This document shows, piece after piece, positions 20,701 through 26,956 of a DNA stretch of 64,000 nucleotides. This DNA comes from a virus. The DNA is taken from positions 1 to 64,000 of IMG/VR virus record IMGVR_UViG_3300010400_000004. One strand, written 5' to 3'. The number at the start of each line of letters is the position of its first letter. Within the stretch, counting starts at the first letter, position 1. Under the pieces are notes generated by a model. It searched no databases. It saw nothing but the letters and a program-made list of their open reading frames with translations, and had not been told where the DNA came from. The position numbers were made by a program, and so were the translations under genes.

Positions 20701-22159
20701 GAATGAAGAGCTGAAGGCGGACATGGATGCTCAGGGTCTTGATTATTTTCCAGTGGACGGAACTTACAAAGGTCAGCCGCAAGGCGAATCGTTTGTCGTT
20801 CTCGGTATCACGCCTAAGAACGCTCAAAAACTCGCCAAGAATTATGGTCAGGAATCGGTATCCGTTCCAGAAGGATTGTTATACGGCAATGGCACGATTG
20901 TCCCAGGTGATGTTTCAAAGACAATCGTTGGACCTGAGGCGAAAAAACAGGAATTTTTCTCGACTACTCCTGAGGGAGTGAGTTTCAGCATCCCCTATGA
21001 ATTCGGCAAGCCGATTGAACCGGTGGGTAATCAGCCGGAACTTTTCGGGAAATCTGTTTCAGAAACGGAAGACATCAACCGACGCCTGAGGGCACGGGTA
21101 AACAACAAAAAAGAGAAGTTTCCCGAGTCAGCTCCATTGGGTTATGTTAAAGATGACGTGGGAAATTTCAAACTCGACAAGAAAACCGGAAAGCCAATAC
21201 CAGAGAAACAGGACTATTCGTTCCTCGACTCAGGGCTTGCCAAGGAAGCCGGAAAAGGATTGCGCGGCGATGATCGAGAGGCCGCTTATGTTGAATCAGC
21301 GGGCGATAAGTTAGCCGCCGAATATCGTAAAGCGGTCAAAGACCCGAAGGTTGCGGCAGGCGCGAAATGGTATTCGACGCTTCGCACCCGGCTCAAAAGT
21401 CTCTTCGGAAAACAAGCACAGCTTGTTTGTGAGATTCTAGCCGCGCTATCCGCACGAACGCCTGTCGAGACAAATTATCGTTTCGGCATCGACGCTTTGA
21501 ATAAATTCAATGCCGGGGATTACGATGCCCAACTCAAAAAATATCAGGAGGGACTCGATAAATGGGACGCCGGAAAAATTTCGGAATATGTGGATGCAAC
21601 TGGCTTAGATAATCCAAAGCGCAGCACTTTTCTTAACTGGTGGATCGATGAATTCGATCTGAAGCCGCGCCAAACCAACGGCAAACTCTTCGCTGCTAAT
21701 TCGAAAGCGTTATTGCGGGCGTTGCATGGTTCCTGGGAAGGCGGAAAAAAGACGAGGCAATTTTCTCAGAATATGTCGGGCGCAGATTTCGGTAGCACGA
21801 TCGATGTCTGGGCTGCACGCACGCTGCACCGGCTTTCCAATGAAGGGATTGTCGATCGATGGAGAATTTTGCCTGAACACGAGAACGCGGTGCAAGATGA
21901 CGACTTTGATGTAGCACAGAAAGTGTATAAGCATGCCGCCGATAAAGTTGGAGTGAAACCCGATGCACTTCAAGGAACACTCTGGTTCAAGGAAAAAGAC
22001 TTGTGGGAAAAACGCGGTTGGACGAGAGGCGCGGGCGCGGAGAAATCTGATTTTTCATCTTTGATTTCCGAGACGGAGAAACATCCATCCGGAGAATATC
22101 GTCTGAAGACACCCCAACTTAATTTACTAGAAGTTAAACCTAGACCAATACGAAAATGA
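14771..22159 (+). CDS. Giant internal virion / polyvalent protein (HExxH peptidase-like, ART-like x2, DUF3293-like, glycosylase-like domains)
   Basis: 2462 aa; HESFH...EISAD; VFHGT..F..HFG...PVFLDIRNPL...GYDGI; AVHYS...DP; WAILT..EN..AN..L...ESF...A..L...YGQESV; WY...AALS...N...KT..F..N...TIDVWAAR...LQ..LW. Confidence 0.7.
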   Translation: MPTTLESLDLEQRLSRPKQPLFDPTQVVGSEPVEDTTVSALRAQPIPDLKGYIDPADLEQGPPAPPPEPPKPGDEVDLTPEQLAEYRKQTGELDPLLDFTPEQLAQIEINDPEGGNLRRMYMDRPDLIGDPDTIKKLAQANKLVHARHEIPTAGLPPEVALGARVVGLGETAIEAAKHMHPLKAAKDFAVGVAKYAKNAIQGIASPFVPEETQQEYRQKAAENLAASELAVTGLAGGVRTAAHKAAQVAGIAKPYSELTDHEATDLFFSDLTKEAERQRIVTGKGAITQQIAGPVIEELAQAGKPIRPEEVSQLAAGDPFTFYAFAKGFGAAGSLVPAEAKAVLNDAATWVGEVSAESAGTALEGIGAAAKNLAKPIEVVSRQPSRFFKTGISGGLSKIAKEVGKRVPGAAEGVEQIGKEIRLGERAPLENYGGIVSDSAQFVRDAIEATPGAAGHVAAGGLFDVSTAAVMSEFPEEERGTGIGLAFGLLGAGRGLAGRVISGQEIAPRNWGTKTQIPTSGPFKGSAFDQQHEGAYRGAAPAVKQRINAVREFLRTAAPGVDLFYVPDKATFKQSLIDQGVSEADAELWSSSQGLSLRDLNGKPVAFAANIDAAPHESFHPFQDVIGKQANDALNQKVLSAYTEAEINQRGATDAKNLGWDGKGDYRDFLLDVTGEGYAQAIDSLTQEAARIIEFSTGQKATPADAKAQAMQMFNDAMTEATSKNPGVSPEAIRRNVWRGLLTEEQQKAAANNYIANEISADTWSAVFKHGKDPKGLVRRFAKVASTFVQLLGGEPLEGRFEDYTPLRKKAVEAVREAARARTEQPPKLFGEEPTVTPKIPEAPVAPRAPSPSPVSPPGTPEEEAKITKDVAATAPETPTGPEVNAQSQRDILGTMAEAKAGNYGVKITRRAAPGTPAGAIEVSRGRRREQIETARGIPDDQKPLWEKNFTPVKTVKLNDGSIQEQGWSPEVLAANAEKVAKFLAVADPALSPFEIDRTKGTFTPEGWKQLFDKVNVFAGNQAAGLTGKGTPLAIGKARAFGFFEPTGNRVPVGSLTDAEMNFINYLFGYPLPGEGKPTVARGGSKQYGVQLISEATEPGRALPLVEPRTFASKEAERLGFAGKQVLEVNPLRAEIEATARATGNTAPSLIEAWQNLNLRDIVRADVAPELPAVRPVGVTLRAGFKPRDLVTPKIEKELLESKVRFEDGTLKPVFHGTVSSFDLKDFDTSGFRAHFGAPGPAAARTIGPLSSRTTGAVQSTEGSQTIPVFLDIRNPLKLDDAANWNNALDVVRALEKETSGKLKLPRKLRDRQVGNRLNDLSDKLFREKQESGVREEDIGEASYLEANKIVIDEIKQLLKDQGYDGIEYENAFEVGPRVAPDYSRVGEEFEKDYGDTSYIPFSNDQIKSAVSFKPAERKEIEITGPDGKRYKAMFDGYQDFSVTGRGLQPQITALENIPGVTTAKSTTYGVTLEKAGFTLPELPSPEVAFKPPRRTEDFGTIEKQFALEHPNNAGSRFVDEFSKIHQKDEELRRLMKDVYFKTPEESDDLYDQAKDVQKSLTKPSNVAEAKLGGYIQDRYPELVKESKLANDYFEQLLTTKEQDIPRMPLIVQAKEGFAIGKIVQEGHDAHEAQRFLDDWRDEGYAEVKSENPALARWIDDNLFSGSGKNAATEGVAFKPKSKPNAADEDFDAVHYSSNAGLRTVDPSFFGKGKATPADLRGGPKSYFFVKGSDFGQDAAIFKDAGLHEHEVRIKGSDLYDLRTGKPDDLGWRKTVNREEADDLVKEAGYKGIVLDTADGRQVIAMFEPVKVKKPAPVQFSPMPANPRAIKQAAVRDEKTGEVHVGMLHPSIVNDLIQKSVAEGKYHEGITDNLVDGFVTNDGEFLTRDEAFDRAIELDQVSEKDFKLRNSWLESRAFAAERKFKPKQIEPPTQAEFDDPDTIKDALAKPGWAILTGTREKIDGKEVPFDHPENLKANEELKADMDAQGLDYFPVDGTYKGQPQGESFVVLGITPKNAQKLAKNYGQESVSVPEGLLYGNGTIVPGDVSKTIVGPEAKKQEFFSTTPEGVSFSIPYEFGKPIEPVGNQPELFGKSVSETEDINRRLRARVNNKKEKFPESAPLGYVKDDVGNFKLDKKTGKPIPEKQDYSFLDSGLAKEAGKGLRGDDREAAYVESAGDKLAAEYRKAVKDPKVAAGAKWYSTLRTRLKSLFGKQAQLVCEILAALSARTPVETNYRFGIDALNKFNAGDYDAQLKKYQEGLDKWDAGKISEYVDATGLDNPKRSTFLNWWIDEFDLKPRQTNGKLFAANSKALLRALHGSWEGGKKTRQFSQNMSGADFGSTIDVWAARTLHRLSNEGIVDRWRILPEHENAVQDDDFDVAQKVYKHAADKVGVKPDALQGTLWFKEKDLWEKRGWTRGAGAEKSDFSSLISETEKHPSGEYRLKTPQLNLLEVKPRPIRK

Positions 22160-22320
22160 AAGCTACACCTACAGAGATAAAACAAATCGTGGAAGGCTCT
22201 CAGCAGTTCTTGAAGCCGGTTGACGATCCGAGAGACAACGAATTGTTCGACGCCTCGAAACCCGAGACTCCGCCCCTCGAAGAAAATCTTGCAGCGAGAC
22301 CGATGAAACCTCAGCACTGA
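22156..22320 (+). CDS. Small hypothetical protein (54 aa)
   Basis: ATGA-coupled to the giant gene, ends 5 nt before the next start. Confidence 0.45.
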   Translation: MKATPTEIKQIVEGSQQFLKPVDDPRDNELFDASKPETPPLEENLAARPMKPQH

Positions 22321-22325
22321 TTACT

Positions 22326-22928
22326 ATGGCAAAAGAAATGATCGATCCAGCGGCACTCGGAGATACCACCGCTCCAGAACAACCGGCTACCTCCGACCTT
22401 CCGGATGAAGTATTGCAGATACCCGCCGTCCAGGGATTGATAGCCGGTTCGCCGGTTGCAGTCTCCGCGAAAGTCAAAGACGCGGAGAAGACCGAGCAGG
22501 GCAAATTGATTATCGACAACGCTAAGGAGTTGCAGAACAACGGCATCGGTTTCTACCGATCGCTGAGTGGGGATACCGCCGTGTTATTCAACACACTGCA
22601 TATCAACGGTGAAGACATCAAAAAGGCGGACAAAGCAGGGAAACTTTTACAGATAGCGCCTCCGTTCGATCAAGTGAACGCTGAAATTTCAAAAATGGGT
22701 CCGGATGCTCATCCGTCTTTGAATTCCTCAGGGGTGCCTGGGGGTCCAGCTTCGCCTGGGGCAGCTTTGCCGCCTCAAAGTGCCCAAATGCCTATGCCAG
22801 CGAACGACGGTGCGTCTGCGGACCGTCTGAGGGCGCAAATCGCGAACATTAAGCCTCAGGCTCCGACTGCCGGTGCCCGCCCGGGGGCTGGTCGTTTACT
22901 CAACTCGATTTTGAAGCCCGTTCTTTGA
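22326..22928 (+). CDS. Hypothetical protein, last gene of the + strand block
   Basis: 200-aa ORF, Pro/Ala-rich C-terminus. Confidence 0.65.
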   Translation: MAKEMIDPAALGDTTAPEQPATSDLPDEVLQIPAVQGLIAGSPVAVSAKVKDAEKTEQGKLIIDNAKELQNNGIGFYRSLSGDTAVLFNTLHINGEDIKKADKAGKLLQIAPPFDQVNAEISKMGPDAHPSLNSSGVPGGPASPGAALPPQSAQMPMPANDGASADRLRAQIANIKPQAPTAGARPGAGRLLNSILKPVL

Positions 22929-23094
22929 AAACGGTATAACCTTCTTCTCGAAGCCTTCGAACAAGAATTAACCCTCGATCGATTTCGTCACCTGCTTTAT
23001 CCGCTCCGAGGGTTCCGACTTCCCGGGCAATAAGCCCCAGGCTGTAAGCAACCACATTCGGCATGCTGTGATCTAGCGGTTTTTCAGTTTTCAT
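22900..23094 (-). CDS. Hypothetical protein
   Basis: MKTEKPLDHS... 64 aa after an A-rich leader. Confidence 0.5.
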   Translation of the reverse strand: MKTEKPLDHSMPNVVAYSLGLIAREVGTLGADKAGDEIDRGLILVRRLREEGYTVFKERASKSS

Positions 23095-23098
23095 TTTA

Positions 23099-23272
23099 GT
23101 TGGGCATTGTCCGCGATCCCCGATTACGCGGGTGGTCTCTCGCAGTCTTGAGTCGGTAGCGAGCCGAAACAGAATCCGCAATCTCCCACGGTTTCAGCAC
23201 CTCGCACCTAGCTCCAGACCAGCTACGGTCCTACTCCAGCACGGGCGACGGGGACAGCGGACAACAACCAAC
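23099..23272 (-). ncRNA. 174-nt rod-shaped structured RNA, 6S-RNA-like candidate
   Basis: 5' GUUGGUUGUUGUCCGC pairs with 3' GCGGACAAUGCCCAAC; nested UCCCCG/CGGGGA, CGC..GUG/CAC..GCG and GUAGC/GCUAC; begins 7 nt after a TATTGT -10. Confidence 0.65.
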
Positions 23273-23278
23273 ATCGAT

Positions 23279-23306
23279 ACAATACACCTTCCCAGGAAGG
23301 TGTCAA
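23279..23306 (-). promoter_or_regulatory. Sigma70-type promoter TTGACA-N16-TATTGT with a palindrome across the spacer
   Basis: Exact -35; ACACCTTCC-TG-GGAAGGTGT inverted repeat at 23284-23303. Confidence 0.7.
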
Positions 23307-23308
23307 AT

Positions 23309-23536
23309 TTATTTTATGTTCCCCATGCCTTCAGGAAATTTCCCAGCTCGAACATGCTCCAGCCACCAGACACGGCGTTCGGTAACTTCTTTCACCGCCC
23401 TTTTATAGAGTATCGGGATCATTCTATTCATTAAATCCGGAAGACACGCATGGCGATATTCCGCGATGAATTTACACTGCCTAAAGTGGCGGAGTCGGAA
23501 GACGGCGAGCTTCAGGTCGATCCATGCTTTATTCAT
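23309..23536 (-). CDS. Hypothetical protein
   Basis: ORF overlaps the upstream stop by 8 nt. Confidence 0.45.
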   Translation of the reverse strand: MNKAWIDLKLAVFRLRHFRQCKFIAEYRHACLPDLMNRMIPILYKRAVKEVTERRVWWLEHVRAGKFPEGMGNIK

Positions 23537-23891
23537 ATCTCGGGGCTTCGATCCAGGGAGTGAGAAAAACTCCATTCGAAGAATCTTCTTTGCTTTTGCA
23601 TCTTAACGGAAAGCCTTCCGACACTCTTCGGGGATCGTTTTCGATAGCGTGAATCTGAGGAAATTCGGGACGTTTAAACAGAACAGGAGAAACCCGATCG
23701 AATCCTTGATTACGTAGGAATGAAAGTTCGTAAGGTGCGTTCAGCCATTCCGGATTGATGACCCAAATACCACCGACTTTTTTATAGGATGCAGCAGTTT
23801 TCCAGCATCGATCGAAAGTAATCGCCGGGGGCAGCACTACCGTCCCGGCGACGGCGGCTGCGAGGGTTTTGAAAAAGCTTCGGCGGTTCAT
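23529..23891 (-). CDS. Small protein with twin-arginine (Tat)-like signal
   Basis: MNRRSFFKTLAAAVAG matches the S/T/N-R-R-x-F-L/F-K consensus. Confidence 0.6.
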   Translation of the reverse strand: MNRRSFFKTLAAAVAGTVVLPPAITFDRCWKTAASYKKVGGIWVINPEWLNAPYELSFLRNQGFDRVSPVLFKRPEFPQIHAIENDPRRVSEGFPLRCKSKEDSSNGVFLTPWIEAPRYE

Positions 23892-24289
23892 TTTTTGAGA
23901 TAGTCGATTGCACGTTCGAGCACTTCGGGATTTTCCTTAATGTGACCGATATACATATTGCAAGGAGCGCACAGAATTCCACGCACTTCATTTGTTTTGT
24001 GATTGTGATCTACATGCGGACGATTCATAATTTTTTGACAGATCACGCACCGGCTATTTTGCTCACGAAGCATTGCCTCGTATTGTGTAGCAGACAATCC
24101 ATATCTCGCTTTTAGGTGTTTGAATTTTCTTTTTACTTTGGTGCGGGGTAGCTGGTCGTATTCTCTCTGTTTAGTATTTTCACAGGTAAAACAATGTCTA
24201 TTACGATACAACCCTCCCGGAACTTTTTTGTTCTTCTGTAAACGAAACTCGTGTATCGTTTTTTCTTTCTTGCAAGTTTTACACGTCAT
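23888..24289 (-). CDS. Endonuclease VII-family (HNH-like) homing endonuclease
   Basis: YGLS...Y..M...Q..RC.IC...HVDHNH.T..VRGILC..CN..IG. Confidence 0.9.
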   Translation of the reverse strand: MTCKTCKKEKTIHEFRLQKNKKVPGGLYRNRHCFTCENTKQREYDQLPRTKVKRKFKHLKARYGLSATQYEAMLREQNSRCVICQKIMNRPHVDHNHKTNEVRGILCAPCNMYIGHIKENPEVLERAIDYLKK

Positions 24290-25297
24290 TTATTTCTTGA
24301 TGATGAGGTGTCCTTTCACCAATTTTGCATCTGAACGAAGAAAAGGCGTATAATACCCCCTGTCAAAAAACATGTTAAATTCAAGTCGGCATCGGGTTAT
24401 TGATCCGTCCTCCGGATTAACCTTGAATTCGAGGATCGCTCCACCAACTTCCATACGAAGACGCTTCTTCCTTGCGAAAATGGTTTGATTTTGAAACCCA
24501 GGCATTCCGATGACATGGACATTTCGGTCGTTCATGTAGTTACTGACGTGGTAATGACCCTGCACCAGAATAGCCGGTTTCTCGCCGCCTTGAAAAGCTT
24601 CCACCTGCTTCTGGCCTGTGTAGCTGCGGGCGTATGTTGACCCGCCTCCTGGGTGCTGAACCTTGATGATGACGCTTCGCTTCGCACCTTTCACTTGAAC
24701 CTCGACATCCGATTCGATGTGGCCGATGTAGTGTAGGTCTGATCGGTTCGCTGTTTGCGCTACGTGTTCGAGATACGCGCCGAAATTGAAACCCTCTTTT
24801 TGCCACCAACCTTCGTGATCGTCGCCTGTGATAAAGTTCGTTGTAATGCCCTTTCTGGAGGGATAATTGTCCACCACAAACTGCGCCTGACCATCAATGC
24901 TCGTTTCTAAGGCCGATCCTCCGTTGATATGCGGCACGTATCCGTCAACGATGTTCCCCGCGTGAAGCACTGTAGTCAGACCCTCGCGTTTAAACAGGTC
25001 ATATTGCGCGTGCAAGCTGTCGAGTCGGCATTCTTTGCACGCGAGGTGCGTATCAGAGACGAGGCCGAAACGAATCCAATCCCCGCCATCGATCGATCTC
25101 AGCGGTATGTAACCGAAGTCCGGAGCGTCGAGTTTTATGTCATGCTTGAGTTTCGGCGCGTTTGGGGAATACGTTAGTTTACGCTCCACCGATTTCCGGC
25201 TTCGACCCAGCAGCTCCGCTATTTGGCGGTAACTTTTTCCCGACTCTTTTAGTTTTTCGGCTTGCGCCAGTTCGTTTGTCGTCCACGGATTGTTCAT
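24290..25297 (-). CDS. Calcineurin-like metallophosphoesterase with N-terminal HTH
   Basis: SDTH, HAGNIVDG, GDDHE, HPGGG, GHYH; N-terminal SYRQIAELLGRSRKSVE. Confidence 0.85.
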   Translation of the reverse strand: MNNPWTTNELAQAEKLKESGKSYRQIAELLGRSRKSVERKLTYSPNAPKLKHDIKLDAPDFGYIPLRSIDGGDWIRFGLVSDTHLACKECRLDSLHAQYDLFKREGLTTVLHAGNIVDGYVPHINGGSALETSIDGQAQFVVDNYPSRKGITTNFITGDDHEGWWQKEGFNFGAYLEHVAQTANRSDLHYIGHIESDVEVQVKGAKRSVIIKVQHPGGGSTYARSYTGQKQVEAFQGGEKPAILVQGHYHVSNYMNDRNVHVIGMPGFQNQTIFARKKRLRMEVGGAILEFKVNPEDGSITRCRLEFNMFFDRGYYTPFLRSDAKLVKGHLIIKK

Positions 25298-25868
25298 TTG
25301 TTTTCCCTATTTGTTGTTCGAGCTGCATCTGCCGTTCTTGTAACCATTCCACCAATTTATCCGGCATCGGATCGCCGGTAAAAAGACTGTCGAAAGCTTC
25401 GAGTGCTTCCCGGGGAGTTTTTCCGATGCCGACTACCGCATTATCCAAGTCCTCCAAGTCTCCGATATACGCCAGCCACTCGCCAGTAACCGGCAACCGG
25501 TTGAGTATCGGCCTATACGAAAAGTGTGGCGTATTCACTTCACGCGCTGCCTTGGTTTGTTCCTCGATGAAAACCGATTGTTGGTCGTAAATTTTTTCGA
25601 GTTTTCCCTCCAGCGTGTGCTGGGAATCGAAAGTCCATCGATCGGTGTCGTTGAGTATATCGTCGAGTTTGTCGCACACCTTGATAAACAGTGTCTCCGC
25701 ACTCGACTTACAGCCGCCGTCGAGTTCGATACTTTTCTGCGGTTCCGCGTGATTGCCAGCAATCATACTGGAGACGGCGAAACTGCCGACCTGAATCAAA
25801 TTGGAAATCTGATTGTAGGTAACAACGTCTCGCTGCGGGAAAGGAACTTTTGATTGTTGATTGCTCAT
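25179..25868 (-). CDS. Hypothetical protein with HicB-like G.G.T..EAL motif
   Basis: 229-aa ORF in the operon; VVGIGKTPREALEAFD. Confidence 0.55.
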   Translation of the reverse strand: MSNQQSKVPFPQRDVVTYNQISNLIQVGSFAVSSMIAGNHAEPQKSIELDGGCKSSAETLFIKVCDKLDDILNDTDRWTFDSQHTLEGKLEKIYDQQSVFIEEQTKAAREVNTPHFSYRPILNRLPVTGEWLAYIGDLEDLDNAVVGIGKTPREALEAFDSLFTGDPMPDKLVEWLQERQMQLEQQIGKTNEQSVDDKRTGASRKTKRVGKKLPPNSGAAGSKPEIGGA

Positions 25869-25871
25869 GTA

Positions 25872-26357
25872 TTATTTCATTCTACCAAGTCGATTATTCG
25901 CCCACAACCAAATCCACACGGCATCAACTCCGTTATCGTCGAGGTTTTCTGAACCTGGCATCGGTTGAGTTTTCCACAAAGCTTTGGCCATAGCTTCTTT
26001 CGTTGCTGCCCCGTTTCCGGTTGCAAATTTCTTCAAAGTTCCGACCGGGATGCAATCGAAATGAGAACCGAGGGCACAGAGCCAAACTGCACCTCGCAAA
26101 CTCGACCAGAGTTGAACCTGATACGTGCTGCTGGCAAACTCGACATCTTCTATTGCGACAATATCGAACGCGCCGAGTGCGGTTAAATTCTCGCATAGCC
26201 GTTCAATCCTAGGGTCTTTTGTCCGTCGCTGCCGATCGTGGCCCCAGGCAGTGATTTCTTTCTTCGTGGCAAGTTCCCAGGTGCCGCAAAAGAACTGTTC
26301 GTTCTTATTGTAAGCGTAGCCAGTATGAGTGCCTAAATCCAGGCCCAAAATATTCAA
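25872..26357 (-). CDS. RuvC-like Holliday junction resolvase
   Basis: ILGLDLG..TGYA, VAIE, LKKFATGNG.ATK..M, DDN..DA. Confidence 0.85.
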   Translation of the reverse strand: MNILGLDLGTHTGYAYNKNEQFFCGTWELATKKEITAWGHDRQRRTKDPRIERLCENLTALGAFDIVAIEDVEFASSTYQVQLWSSLRGAVWLCALGSHFDCIPVGTLKKFATGNGAATKEAMAKALWKTQPMPGSENLDDNGVDAVWIWLWANNRLGRMK

Positions 26358-26956
26358 AGCAGTTGATCCTTCTTCGATTGTAGCACCACGCGCAATTTTT
26401 TCAAAGCGCCTGAGTGCAGGTTTTGTATATGCTGTCGAGAGTATCCGAGCCGATCTCCGATTTCACCGAATGAAAAACCGGATTCATATCGGAGTATCAA
26501 AATCGCCCTCTCTCTATCATTCAACGATCCGAATATAGCAGGCCGCAGGCCGTTGAATAACTCTTTTGTTTCAAGCCGCGAAAAGTCCGGTTCACAATAG
26601 GTATCGACGAGAGGTTTGTCTTTTTCCGGGTAATCTGCCGAGGTGGTATAAGAATTTTTCACTACAAGGCGGCGTTTGAATTCCCGATTGATCTGACCGC
26701 GCAAATATTGCTTCGTAAAGGCGAAAAATCGGATTCCGTTCGATTTGCGCTTGCGAAAATTCTTCGCGGCCTGCCTGAGAGCAATCCAGCACATCGACAC
26801 GAGTTCTCCCTCAGGAAACTCACCCCGCGAACAGTGCCGGGAATAGTCGAGTGCTTCCGCCATATTGACGAGTGCGAGTTTGTCGAGGGCACGCTTGTTG
26901 CCCTTTTTGATTAGCTCGAATTCTTCGGATGTATCTATTGCTTTGGGAAAATCCAT
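26354..26956 (-). CDS. Phage RNA polymerase sigma70-family factor
   Basis: Region 2 (L..AAKNF.....RF.AF..QYLRGQI) and region 4 (LNDRERAIL.LRY..GFSF.EIG..LG.SRQ.I.NL...ALKKLR). Confidence 0.88.
   Translation of the reverse strand: MDFPKAIDTSEEFELIKKGNKRALDKLALVNMAEALDYSRHCSRGEFPEGELVSMCWIALRQAAKNFRKRKSNGIRFFAFTKQYLRGQINREFKRRLVVKNSYTTSADYPEKDKPLVDTYCEPDFSRLETKELFNGLRPAIFGSLNDRERAILILRYESGFSFGEIGDRLGYSRQHIQNLHSGALKKLRVVLQSKKDQLL

Noticed and set aside
23132-23434. + strand ORF (and 5' extension of 22900-23181) over the structured RNA
   Set aside because: Low-complexity translation, no start context, opposite to the local gene direction; better explained by the RNA and its promoter.
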